From NCBI GenBank assembly GCA_036139835.1, contig JAYZYW010000012.1, positions 1-57,929 of the forward strand: a DNA stretch of 57,929 bases, written 5' to 3'. Position 1 is the first letter of the stretch. The number at the start of each line of letters is the position of its first letter. The stretch is from Bacteroidota bacterium. GTDB lineage: Bacteria > Bacteroidota > Bacteroidia > Flavobacteriales > BACL11. The notes under the pieces were generated by a model that made no database searches, had not been told where the DNA came from, and saw only the letters and a program-made list of their open reading frames with translations. Positions 32,768 to 42,251 of this stretch are shown here, piece by piece. The position numbers and the translations under genes are program-made.

Positions 32768-35700
32768 TTATTGTAGCATTAGCTTTCTGTTTACAATTCC
32801 TTCACTTGTTTTAATTTCAAGCAAGTAAATTGCATCTGGATATTTCCCTAACATAATTTGTTTGTTGTAGTTCCCTACAAAACTTTCTAAGTTTTCTGTA
32901 TAAATTTCCTCACCCAACATATTCAATACTCTTAGTTGTAAATTCTGTTTTTCTTTACTTGTAAAAGTGATATTAAATATATCTTCTGATGGATTAGGAT
33001 ATATACTAAGATCAACTATATCAAACTCAGTAATATCTGTTGAAATCCAAGTCACATTAAAATAAATTGTATCTGAGATACATTGATTGATATCTTCCAC
33101 TATTACCCAATAATTTCCATTAGCAATTGGAGTGATTTGCTGTGTAATCTGTGTTGTATTCCATTGATATGAGTAAGGAGTGTTTCCTCCTACAGCGCTT
33201 ACATCTAAATCAAGGCCAACTTGAGATACAGTCGCAATCACTTGTGATGCAACAGTTAAGTTTGTAGTGATAATACTATCACAACCATTCACTGAAGTAA
33301 GGAGGTCAGTATAAGTGCCTGAGCTTGTATAAATACTATTTCCAACAATAAAAGTGTCTCCATAACAAATATCGACTATATTATTTATAACGTGTATATC
33401 GTTAACAGTCAAATCTAAGATATGTACACTATCACAACCAGCAGCATTAGTATAAGTATTACTGTGTACTCCACTTGTTGTATAAGTAACCCCATCCCAT
33501 GTATAACTATCACATGCTGTAACCGATGATGCTCCTGAAGTAGAATTATTAATTGTTAAGTTCAGTGTAGCTATAGAATCACAACCATTTGAGTTTGTTG
33601 TAGAATAAGTGTAAGTTCCTGATGCTGTATATGTAGTTCCATTCCAAGAGTAAGTATCACATTCTATTACAATAGATGTTGATGTTGTGCTTGTATTAAT
33701 TGTTAAGTTCAGTGTAGCTATAGAATCACAACCATTTGAGTTGGTGGTTGTGTAAGAGTAGCTGCCTGAACTTGTATATGTAGTTCCATTCCATAAGTAG
33801 TTATCACAAGTTGTGTAAGCAGATGTACTTGTTGTGCTTGGATTAATTGTAAGTGTTAATGTATGTACGCTATCACAGCCTGTAGCGTTAGTGAAAGTTT
33901 GATCGTAAGATCCAGATTGAGTAATTGACTGGTTGTTCCAAATATAAGTACTGCAAACTGTAACTGCAGAGGCTCCAGTGTTTAAGTAGTTAATCGTTAA
34001 ATTAAGTACCGCCGTACTATCACAACCATTAGTATTTGTTAAGCCGCAAGATTGAGCCGGCACATTTGTATTGTAAGTAGCCCCATTTATTGTTCCATTG
34101 TTTCCATTAACTGTTTGGTCATAAGTAATTGTTCCTGAACCTTGTTCAAAATTCCAATAACTAATTAATCCAGTTTCATTACCGATTGGTGGGCAATTCA
34201 TATATTGTTGAATTTCTTGTTGGGTTAATGCTATGTCCCAAATTTCAAAATTATCTATAAATCCATCGCACCAAGTATTATATACATTACTTCCATTATA
34301 AATCTCTTGGCCAATATTCAGGTCTCCAGAAAATGTAGCAGTACTATTCCATGTATTTGGATCTTGTATGCCATCTATATAAAGCTTAATAATTCCAGAC
34401 TCTCTAACTACAGAATAGTGATGCCATGCAGCCACCGTTGGATTAAATGCTGCTACAATTGTTGTGCTATCTGCATGATATACCTTTGTAACAGTACCTC
34501 CGTCTCCAACATACAACTCTAACCCCCCCGTCTTAACATCACCAATACACCAAAAAGGATTATTTGCAGAGCCTGTGGCTTTATACCACCAGCCTTGTAT
34601 ACAGAAATCACCATTTAAACTCAAAGGAGAGTTAAATATGTTATTTATATAATCGCCACTACCATCAAAACTCATAGAGTAATTATTACTTGTTGTACTT
34701 CCTCTATAAGAATAGGTTCCACTACTATCATAAGTAGTACCATTCCAAACCAGACTATCATCACATACTGAAATGTTAGTATATGAAGTGTCTGCTTGGT
34801 TAATAGAATTAATTAACACAGAATCCACAACAACACAGCCATCTGCATGCGTAATAATAACGCTATTCCATCCTGTAGTTAAAGTAAAATTGTTTTTTAT
34901 AGTCACACCATTATCCCAAAGATATGTACAGTTAGAAGTCATACATTGGCATCCGGAAGAGCCTACTGTAGCTGTGCCATTTGAGTCGTTAGAACAAGTA
35001 TTAGGAATAATTCCGCCAAATCCAGTGGCATATCTATCAACTAGGTTAATTGTCCTTAATTCATAACAACCCATTGAGTCAGTAACTTGTACCCAATAGG
35101 AACCTGTTGCTAAGTTTTGAATACTAGCGTTGGTACTTTGATTAGACCATAGATACGTATAAGGAAAACCATTCCCTATTAAATTAACATTAATGTTGCC
35201 GTCTGTAAAGCCATTACAAGGCTTAGTAGCATTAACGCTAGAAATAACAGAGCTATTTCCACAATCAACTAATTCAGAATTATATACCCCATCCATATTG
35301 GTCCCTAAATAACTTCCCCAAGCAATACCTGAATTAGGAACAATAGATGTCAATTCGTGACGATAAACATAAATACCTTTCCATCCCATAGGATTTAAGC
35401 TGTCTTTTTTTACTGAATATATCAGGTCTAATAGTCCATCATTATCTAGATCGGTTATGAGTGGAGTTGAGCCTATATTTACACCTGTTCTTGTTTGATC
35501 AAGCGTATTAATCGTATTTGTGGTAAAATCGATTGACTCAACACGATTTTTAAAATACCCCCCATCTAAATAGGTTATAGAATAAAGTCCTTCATCTCGC
35601 CCATCATTGTTAAGGTCTACTGAATTTGAAGATGAGAAATTGATAGCACCCAAACTATCTAAAAAGCTCACGGTGCCATCATTACCATCAAGCATTACCT

Positions 35701-36706
35701 GATAATAATCGTTATACGAAGGAGCAGTTCCTTTAAATAGAACTAATAACACGTCAGGAGTCAAATCACCTGTAAAATTCCCAATTACTGGTTCGGCACT
35801 TGATTCTGTTCCTGGTTTTTGATAGGTCCATATCGGAGAAAATGTCTGTCCAGCAATTTTTGTTACGAGCCCATCGAACGATTGAATGATAATATCATAG
35901 GTACCGTAATCTGTTTTATGAATGGCAGCTGGCGCAATAAAACCTTTATTTAGATCACTTGCTAAAATGATAGATCCAGTAATATTACCCAGTAAAAGAT
36001 CCGAAAGTAAAACTGCATAAAAATTTCCGCCAAAATTTTCCCCTCCTGTCCCATATAAGACCCATTTATTACCTGTATTCTGAATATCTGCAACTATTGG
36101 AGAGCAATAAATCTCTGAACTATCTGGAACAACAGCTTTAATGATAAGGTTTCCTGTGAGAGCACTTACCACCATCAAATGTCCAGGAGGTCTATTAGAT
36201 TGCCAAGCAGGAGCAGTATGATCTCCACCGTTAGCAACAAGAATATCAGGATAAGTATCCCCATCAATGTCATGAATAAATTGAGGATTGTAAAAATTAA
36301 AAAGCCCGCTATCAGCCGGATTCGTACTGTAAGGAAAATAGTCCCATAGTAATGTGCCATTTGTCCCGTCTATTGCTAGCAATTGAGCCGAACGTCCAAC
36401 AATGATTACATCGTTGATCCCATCAGATGTGATATCCTGGAAAATAGCACTTCCAAATACTTCATCTCGAGATGACCTTTTCCAAAGTAAAGAGCCATCT
36501 ACACCATTGTAGGCCATTATCCCGTTATCACTAAACACACTATCAGTTCCACCTCCTATTACTACATCCATCACACCATCTCCATTAAGATCCGTAGATC
36601 GAGGTGATGAAAGCGTCGGGATTGAGTCAGTAAATGTTTGCCAATTTTGTGCGTTCGTATATATCGAAAAAAAAACAAATAGTGTAAAAAATAATCGCTT
36701 CATCAT
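32768..36706 (-). CDS. FG-GAP/VCBS-repeat and LamG-like secreted protein with tandem 49-aa Cys modules and a T9SS CTD
   Basis: The N-terminus has repeated D.NGDG/DLDNDG motifs typical of FG-GAP repeats. The middle has a LamG-like block (FDGSGDYI...WHHY...LYIDG). There are about five modules of the form ...NGCDSIATLNLTIN. The C-terminus reads IYPNPSEDIFNITF...LLEIKT...KLMLQ. Confidence 0.8.
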   Translation of the reverse strand: MMKRLFFTLFVFFSIYTNAQNWQTFTDSIPTLSSPRSTDLNGDGVMDVVIGGGTDSVFSDNGIMAYNGVDGSLLWKRSSRDEVFGSAIFQDITSDGINDVIIVGRSAQLLAIDGTNGTLLWDYFPYSTNPADSGLFNFYNPQFIHDIDGDTYPDILVANGGDHTAPAWQSNRPPGHLMVVSALTGNLIIKAVVPDSSEIYCSPIVADIQNTGNKWVLYGTGGENFGGNFYAVLLSDLLLGNITGSIILASDLNKGFIAPAAIHKTDYGTYDIIIQSFDGLVTKIAGQTFSPIWTYQKPGTESSAEPVIGNFTGDLTPDVLLVLFKGTAPSYNDYYQVMLDGNDGTVSFLDSLGAINFSSSNSVDLNNDGRDEGLYSITYLDGGYFKNRVESIDFTTNTINTLDQTRTGVNIGSTPLITDLDNDGLLDLIYSVKKDSLNPMGWKGIYVYRHELTSIVPNSGIAWGSYLGTNMDGVYNSELVDCGNSSVISSVNATKPCNGFTDGNINVNLIGNGFPYTYLWSNQSTNASIQNLATGSYWVQVTDSMGCYELRTINLVDRYATGFGGIIPNTCSNDSNGTATVGSSGCQCMTSNCTYLWDNGVTIKNNFTLTTGWNSVIITHADGCVVVDSVLINSINQADTSYTNISVCDDSLVWNGTTYDSSGTYSYRGSTTSNNYSMSFDGSGDYINNIFNSPLSLNGDFCIQGWWYKATGSANNPFWCIGDVKTGGLELYVGDGGTVTKVYHADSTTIVAAFNPTVAAWHHYSVVRESGIIKLYIDGIQDPNTWNSTATFSGDLNIGQEIYNGSNVYNTWCDGFIDNFEIWDIALTQQEIQQYMNCPPIGNETGLISYWNFEQGSGTITYDQTVNGNNGTINGATYNTNVPAQSCGLTNTNGCDSTAVLNLTINYLNTGASAVTVCSTYIWNNQSITQSGSYDQTFTNATGCDSVHTLTLTINPSTTSTSAYTTCDNYLWNGTTYTSSGSYSYTTTNSNGCDSIATLNLTINTSTTSTSIVIECDTYSWNGTTYTASGTYTYSTTNSNGCDSIATLNLTINNSTSGASSVTACDSYTWDGVTYTTSGVHSNTYTNAAGCDSVHILDLTVNDIHVINNIVDICYGDTFIVGNSIYTSSGTYTDLLTSVNGCDSIITTNLTVASQVIATVSQVGLDLDVSAVGGNTPYSYQWNTTQITQQITPIANGNYWVIVEDINQCISDTIYFNVTWISTDITEFDIVDLSIYPNPSEDIFNITFTSKEKQNLQLRVLNMLGEEIYTENLESFVGNYNKQIMLGKYPDAIYLLEIKTSEGIVNRKLMLQ

Positions 36707-36766
36707 AATAGTAATTTTAATAAAAGCAAAATTATAAAAATTTTATGAGAAATATAAAGAGAGAGA

Positions 36767-36855
36767 AGTCAGGATGAGAGGATTCCTCTACCCTTTTTTA
36801 TATGTCTACAGCAAGTCTACAAACTAAAATTTTCACCACTTTTCTCAACACTAAT
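36767..36855. repeat. Copy A of a ~90-nt conserved intergenic element (motif core AGTCAGGATGAGAGGATT ... TTTTCACCACTTTTCT)
   Basis: Aligns along its length with 38632-38722. It lies upstream of the minus-strand gene that starts at 36706. Confidence 0.7.
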
Positions 36856-36919
36856 CAATTTGCTAATTCAAGTCTAATAATTATTAGGATATAGTTATTT
36901 TTGTAAAAAAATAGAATCA

Positions 36920-38350
36920 TTGATTACACTATTTCTAATTTTTACATGTATCATAATACTGATGTTGCTATTGATTAAAGAACACCCAAAATCAACATCA
37001 AAATTCCTAGAAGAAGATGCAAATTTAAATAACATGCCCTCTAAAGGAGGAGAAGGGAAGTCAGTTGTTGTTATTGGTGGAGGTATAAGTGGGTTGTCAA
37101 GTGCAAAATATTTAATTGATGCTGGATTTGATGTAACATTATTAGAAAAAAGAAATATTGTTGGAGGTAATAATGATCCATATATGAAAAATGGAAAACA
37201 TTATGCTACTACCGTAATCATAACCCTTCCAGCACAACAACCTCATTATCTTGAATTATGTAGAGAATATGGGATATCCCAAACTCCACATAAGTTTGAC
37301 AAATTAGAGGGGGCAATAGTAATGCAAGATAAGATATTGATAACGAGAATGGGGTCCGGATTCATTACATTTCTTAAATTAATCTATAAACAATGTTCTT
37401 TTAAAGAAATTATAGATGGAATTAGAATTCTTTTCCTTTTCTATAGGCAATTTAAATTGCGGCCTGAATCAAAAAAAAGTGTAAAAGATGTTCTTGGATC
37501 AAAATTGATTAATTCTCCTGTGTTTACACATGTTTTTATGCCCTGGATAGGAATAAATACATGGTGTAGATTTGAAGATGTTGATATTCAACCAGCACAT
37601 ATATTTGGAGCATTTATTTTTGAATATGCATTACCCATTAAAATGAGATATAAGAATTATCTAAAAAACGAAGACAGATGGTGTGTTTTGGATGGGCGTC
37701 TAATTCATAAATTAGAAAAAATATTATTAAAGGAAGAAAAATATAAACAATACTTAGATACAACTGTACAGAATATAAAAAGAAAGAAAGACGGTAAGTT
37801 AATAGTAAGTGCGCATACAAAAGAATGGTTAACTGACTATGTAATTGTTGCAACGCAACCATTTCAAGCATTACCTTTAATTAAAAACCTAGGACCTAAA
37901 GAATTAATAGATGAACTAGAGAAATGGGACAAAATGGATTGTTATGTTATATTACACGCTGATATCTCTAACATAAAAAATATGCCATGGATTCATCAAA
38001 CATATAAAAATAAAGTAACAGGCAACTTTTATATTACAAATACAATAAAACCAATTATGGCAGAAGAAAACTTAGAATATGTAATCACATTTGTTTATAA
38101 TCAAGAAAACTATACAGACTTTATATCAAATAATATTGACAATTCAAAGATTGTAAAAGTATATGAGCCTAAATTGCCAGTCTTTACATTAGAAAATTCT
38201 GTTAACAGAAATGACATATGGAAAAAGATTGATGATAAATGTACAGATATATACTGGACTCAAGCATGCAGATCTGGATTACAGTACCATAATAATGGTA
38301 TTTTAAGTGCAAAACGAGTAATAAGATCCCTTGTTAAAAAAATAAATTAA
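36920..38350 (+). CDS. Membrane-anchored NAD(P)/FAD-binding oxidoreductase (amine-oxidase-like)
   Basis: VVVIGGGISGLSSAKYLIDAGFDVTLLEKRNIVGGN is a dinucleotide-binding motif. The track start is a TTG, and an alternative ATG lies at 36962. Confidence 0.7.
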   Translation: MITLFLIFTCIIILMLLLIKEHPKSTSKFLEEDANLNNMPSKGGEGKSVVVIGGGISGLSSAKYLIDAGFDVTLLEKRNIVGGNNDPYMKNGKHYATTVIITLPAQQPHYLELCREYGISQTPHKFDKLEGAIVMQDKILITRMGSGFITFLKLIYKQCSFKEIIDGIRILFLFYRQFKLRPESKKSVKDVLGSKLINSPVFTHVFMPWIGINTWCRFEDVDIQPAHIFGAFIFEYALPIKMRYKNYLKNEDRWCVLDGRLIHKLEKILLKEEKYKQYLDTTVQNIKRKKDGKLIVSAHTKEWLTDYVIVATQPFQALPLIKNLGPKELIDELEKWDKMDCYVILHADISNIKNMPWIHQTYKNKVTGNFYITNTIKPIMAEENLEYVITFVYNQENYTDFISNNIDNSKIVKVYEPKLPVFTLENSVNRNDIWKKIDDKCTDIYWTQACRSGLQYHNNGILSAKRVIRSLVKKIN

Positions 38351-38413
38351 ACTATCTTATTGAAGGAGTAGTCTCTTATTAATCACCTTGTAATATAAAA
38401 AAATAAATTATCA

Positions 38414-38602
38414 CTACTCCTTTTTACAACAAGACGAGTGACAGTAAGGACATCCCATTGCAGCAGCAATTAGAAAAAGGGCATAGACTCCAAGTGTTGG
38501 AATTGGTTCCAATCCATTTTGTGTAAAAGTGTGATACATCAAGCAGATAAAACCTGCTGCCCATGCAGCACAAAGCAATAAATAACACGTTTTTGATTTC
38601 AT
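38414..38602 (-). CDS. Small two-TM membrane protein with a Cys-rich C-terminus
   Basis: 62 aa with two hydrophobic helices, ending CPYCHSSCCKKE. It is preceded by copy B of the conserved element. Confidence 0.4.
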   Translation of the reverse strand: MKSKTCYLLLCAAWAAGFICLMYHTFTQNGLEPIPTLGVYALFLIAAAMGCPYCHSSCCKKE

Positions 38603-38631
38603 AATTAGAAATTTAATTGCAACAAAGTAAT

Positions 38632-38722
38632 AAAGTCGAGATGAGAGGATTACCCTCAGCCTCTTCTTACATGATTACAACAATTTATAAAGCTAAATTT
38701 TTCACCACTTTCTGCACCGCTA
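38632..38722. repeat. Copy B of the ~90-nt conserved intergenic element
   Basis: AAGTCGAGATGAGAGGATTACCCTC...CTAAATTTTTCACCACTTTCT aligns with 36767-36855. Confidence 0.7.
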
Positions 38723-38738
38723 GCTTTTACTTTATCAG

Positions 38739-39107
38739 TTAAATCAATCTCTTATATGCATATGGAATCAAATCTTCCATAGGAATCACATCAAGTGTTT
38801 TTTCATTAGTGGCTTCTAAAACAACCATTGGAGCACTGTTATTTTGAAAAGCTTCTTTCCAACGTAAAGCACATAAACACCATCTGTCTCCAGGTTTAAC
38901 TCCATCAAAACCAAACTCTGGAAATGGAGTTGTAAGGTCGTTTCCTGCTTCTTTTGAGAATTTTAAAAATTCTTTTGTAGCAATAATACAAACAGTATGC
39001 ATTCCTAAATCAGTATCATCTGTATCACAACAGCCATTTCTAAAATATCCTGTTAACGGCTCTTGGCTACATATAATTAACGGATCCCCAAATATATTTT
39101 TATTCAT
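38739..39107 (-). CDS. DUF2237-family protein
   Basis: PLTGYFRNGCCDT...GMHTVC...GDRWCLCALRW is the characteristic conserved-Cys pattern of DUF2237, recalled from memory. Confidence 0.65.
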   Translation of the reverse strand: MNKNIFGDPLIICSQEPLTGYFRNGCCDTDDTDLGMHTVCIIATKEFLKFSKEAGNDLTTPFPEFGFDGVKPGDRWCLCALRWKEAFQNNSAPMVVLEATNEKTLDVIPMEDLIPYAYKRLI

Positions 39108-39117
39108 ATTTCAAGTA

Positions 39118-39447
39118 TTATATATTATTTCTATTTTTTGAAATAAAATTATACACTAAATTTAAAAAAGGATTAGGTAATATATTAAATATGTAAAAAA
39201 GATTATACGGAAACTTCATGAATTTACAAACATTTAATACTGCAGTAGCTCTTAAAAATATTTTTTCTTGAGAATTAATATAGATAACAGAATCTATATT
39301 TTGTATACCATAATTAGATATTAACTCCCTTCCATTAAAAGAGTTAAAAGAAAAGAACAATGTGTCTGAACCTTCAATTAAAGAAGATATTTTATGTGCT
39401 AAATTGGAACAAAATTGACAATCACCATCATATAATACGTACCTCAT
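39118..39447 (-). CDS. DCC-family thiol-disulfide oxidoreductase (DUF393)
   Basis: The N-terminal YDGDCQFC motif is the DCC signature. Confidence 0.7.
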   Translation of the reverse strand: MRYVLYDGDCQFCSNLAHKISSLIEGSDTLFFSFNSFNGRELISNYGIQNIDSVIYINSQEKIFLRATAVLNVCKFMKFPYNLFYIFNILPNPFLNLVYNFISKNRNNI

Positions 39448-39504
39448 GATTATTTATATATTTTTGTCAAGATTACAAATAAATTTTATTTCTCAATAAT
39501 TATA

Positions 39505-39846
39505 ATGAAAATGATAAGTAAAAAAACATGCATTCCTTGTCAAGGAGGGATCCCACCGCTTGAACATCAAGAAATTAATACATTAATGAATCAACTAGAA
39601 GATGGTTGGACAGTTTATAGAAATAAAGAGATAAGAAAAGAATATATATTTACTAAATATACTGATGCAATTATTTTTTCTAATAAGATTGCTAAGTTAT
39701 CTGAAAAAGAAGGTCATCACCCTTTTATACACATTGATTACAAAAAAGTAACCATCATACTATTTACTCATAAAATAAATGGCTTACATGAAAATGATTT
39801 TATTCTAGCTTCAAAATGCGATATAGTTGTAAAATCACTAAAATAA
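39505..39846 (+). CDS. phhB: Pterin-4-alpha-carbinolamine dehydratase (PCD/DCoH)
   Basis: EGHHPFIHIDYKKVTIILFTH plus LHENDFILA is the canonical PCD active-site region. 113 aa. Confidence 0.85.
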   Translation: MKMISKKTCIPCQGGIPPLEHQEINTLMNQLEDGWTVYRNKEIRKEYIFTKYTDAIIFSNKIAKLSEKEGHHPFIHIDYKKVTIILFTHKINGLHENDFILASKCDIVVKSLK

Positions 39847-39857
39847 TAAAAAATAAA

Positions 39858-39887
39858 GTCGGGATGAGAGGACGACAATTTACTAGA
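39858..39887. repeat. Copy C of the dispersed motif (AGTCGGGATGAGAGGACGACAATTTACTAG)
   Basis: Shares its core with copies A, B, E and F. Its extended tail CGAYAATTTACTA matches 55848-55877. Confidence 0.6.
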
Positions 39888-39976
39888 AATAAAACCTCTA
39901 ATTGTAAACCGTATTGTAAACTCTAGATTTCAAAGAATTAATGTTCAAAATATATAAAAGTTTTATACAATTGAGA

Positions 39977-40261
39977 TTATACACTAACCTTATCTTCAGC
40001 CCTATTAATTAAAATAGTTTCTGAAACAGGAGATCCCATGGACCAATATTTCCATCCATTAGCATAAAGATAGATGTAATATTGTCCATCTTTCCAGAGT
40101 TCTTTCATCCCATGTTTTCTAATATACAATACGGTATTCTCAAACTCAATGGGATTATCCCATTCTTTTTTTAAAGTATAATAATGGGGTATGTCAAGCA
40201 TAGTTTTAGCAAATCTATACTCCTTACTCTCTAATAACTGTATTATATCCACTCTCGCCAC
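39977..40261 (-). CDS. Hypothetical protein (94 aa), last gene of the island operon
   Basis: The ORF lies 4 nt downstream of the DUF4338-like gene. It contains PHYYTLKKEW...YWSMG...INRAE, and I cannot place the family. Confidence 0.5.
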   Translation of the reverse strand: MARVDIIQLLESKEYRFAKTMLDIPHYYTLKKEWDNPIEFENTVLYIRKHGMKELWKDGQYYIYLYANGWKYWSMGSPVSETILINRAEDKVSV

Positions 40262-40265
40262 CCTA

Positions 40266-42251
40266 TCAAAACTCTAAACTAGTTTGATTGGTTTTCTCTT
40301 TAATAACAACTCTTGAGATATGATTTATTGGGTAATATATATCGTGCTTTGAAACCTTGTCAATGATACTTTGGTTTTTTGTTCGCATTGAAAGCCAACG
40401 ACTAATCCAGTAATCAGAAATCAATTTTGTTATTTTTTTTCCGTTCTTAAGAGAAAAAGGATACTTAGGAACTTTTTCTAATCCTAACAAATAATCTCTA
40501 TAATTTACTGCTAAAGGAATAGCATAAATAATCCTTGGGTTTTTATGATTGAGTATTTGTGCAGCATCTAAATGTAGTTTATCAAGAGATGCTCTAAGAG
40601 CTCTTAATCTAGGGTTCGCTCCTTCACCAAAAATTGAATTCACTTTTCTAAGATTCAAACGAGTTAAATAAATATCCGACAATAATTTTGTTGTAGTACT
40701 TAAATGAAAGCTACCAAAGCCTTCTGTCTTACCAATTCTAATATATTTTATACAATTGTTTTTTCTTCTATTAGAAAAGATAGATGATGGAATTTTTATT
40801 CTATTGTATTGCGAAGCATTGTCACCATACAATGATGTAGTACCCAGAAAAACTAAATTACATTTAGGATATATAGCACAACCCTTCATTCCAGAGGCTA
40901 TCTTAGTTGCTCTTGATGCATACCTATTCTTGTATTCATTAATGATTTCAGGTGAACACAATAACATGGATACTAATTTTCCGCCCAATAATAACGAATA
41001 TGGACCTTGTACTGATCCACATGTAGATATATCCGCAATCTCATTACCTACCAATGAACCTTTATGTAATCGAATTAATTTACCGATTGCATTCTTAAAA
41101 CGATTCTGCTTACAAAGATCATTTATTGAAGAAGCATCTAAATTATTGTTAAAAAATGAATCGCAATCTTTTTTTATTGATAATAATAATTGTAACCTAT
41201 TTAACCTCTTGCTTAAGTATAAATTTGTAGTAGAGACATTTTCCCAATCTATGCTGTCAGATGCTAATAATTTTTTTATTTCACCTGGATTCATAATGTG
41301 TTTTTCTTTTGCCTCTAACGACAAGACTCTTAATCTTTGTATTATGACATCATTTGGCTTTTCTATATTAGATTTAGAAATTAATTTATTGTCAATCAAG
41401 TCATCAATCTTAATCGCGTCAAACTGTTTGTTAAACATACGAAACAGCCAATTAGATGTTTTCTTATTGGGATTTGCTATAATATACTCTATTATCTTTT
41501 CATTATTCCAGCCTATTAATTTCTCTCTTACTGATAATTGAGCCATTGCACTGTTTAATTCAAAAACCCCAATTACTGGATGATTCTCAACTGCAGCGTC
41601 TCTGACTAAAAATTTCATAGATCGACCAGGTATTGGCTTAGAAACGGAAGTCCAATTAAGTCTAAAATATTTCCAAATATCTAGTAATCTTAAACCAGTA
41701 AACTCGCATTTATCTTTTTCATTTACAACCTGAACATATGGCTGTATAATTTTTTTTAATTGCAGTATTCTCTGTTTTTCATTTTTAGTTCTTCTATTGA
41801 TATTATTTAACTCCTTAGCCATCTGCTGACCATCTCTGTATAGTGAGAATATAGAAACCCACTTATCCTTATAATATTTTTTACGATGTAGTTTTGAAAC
41901 AAAATTTTGAATAGTCTCTTTTGCCATAAAAGCATCTCTTTCGATGTTTTGCTTTGACATTACAATCTGTTTTGAGGGCTTGTCGTCCGAGAAAAACATA
42001 AACCCATTTTTGTAATTCCAATTCACTAATAGCAAATCAAGTGTTAAACTTTTGGTAAACATTAATTCAAGGGAAGCATCCGAAAGATCATTAGTAATGA
42101 TTAATTCTTTCTTGCAACTAACAAGAAATTCAACTCTATTTTCTTTTTTGATGCTTCTTGAAATTTTTTTAAAATACTTCTCGAAAAGATCTTTGTTCTC
42201 AGGGAATGTGAAAGTCGGATTATATGGGATTTTTTTTATCATATTAAGCAA
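40266..42251 (-). CDS. DUF4338 (Druantia DruA)-like protein, 661 aa
   Basis: GRSMKFLVRDAAVENHPVIGVFELNSAMAQLSVREKLIGWN resembles the DUF4338 core (G..lrYLV...lG.l.fs.aaw.l..RD.wIGW). A later LVFLGTTSLYGDNASQYNRI...IGKTEGFG resembles the family C-terminal block. This is recognised from memory, not computed. Its start overlaps the upstream GHKL gene by 8 nt. Confidence 0.55.
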   Translation of the reverse strand: MLNMIKKIPYNPTFTFPENKDLFEKYFKKISRSIKKENRVEFLVSCKKELIITNDLSDASLELMFTKSLTLDLLLVNWNYKNGFMFFSDDKPSKQIVMSKQNIERDAFMAKETIQNFVSKLHRKKYYKDKWVSIFSLYRDGQQMAKELNNINRRTKNEKQRILQLKKIIQPYVQVVNEKDKCEFTGLRLLDIWKYFRLNWTSVSKPIPGRSMKFLVRDAAVENHPVIGVFELNSAMAQLSVREKLIGWNNEKIIEYIIANPNKKTSNWLFRMFNKQFDAIKIDDLIDNKLISKSNIEKPNDVIIQRLRVLSLEAKEKHIMNPGEIKKLLASDSIDWENVSTTNLYLSKRLNRLQLLLSIKKDCDSFFNNNLDASSINDLCKQNRFKNAIGKLIRLHKGSLVGNEIADISTCGSVQGPYSLLLGGKLVSMLLCSPEIINEYKNRYASRATKIASGMKGCAIYPKCNLVFLGTTSLYGDNASQYNRIKIPSSIFSNRRKNNCIKYIRIGKTEGFGSFHLSTTTKLLSDIYLTRLNLRKVNSIFGEGANPRLRALRASLDKLHLDAAQILNHKNPRIIYAIPLAVNYRDYLLGLEKVPKYPFSLKNGKKITKLISDYWISRWLSMRTKNQSIIDKVSKHDIYYPINHISRVVIKEKTNQTSLEF

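Noticed and set aside
36767-38722. tRNA genes or tRNA fragments at the repeated motif
   Set aside because: The core resembles a tRNA 3' end, but I could not build a cloverleaf. The T-loop is missing or the wrong length, and there are no D or anticodon arms. It is kept only as a speculative origin for the repeat.
40756-41541. 261-aa plus-strand ORF
   Set aside because: It lies entirely antisense within the 661-aa DUF4338-like gene. It is low-complexity and Leu/Phe/Ile/Asn-rich, as expected for the reverse frame of AT-rich coding DNA, and it has no motif.
40266-42251. Canonical Druantia system, considered because of the DUF4338/DruA-like protein
   Set aside because: There is no DruE-type giant helicase (DUF1998) and no DruB-D-sized genes anywhere in the window. 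Only the DruA-like domain is present, so it is reported as a non-canonical association.
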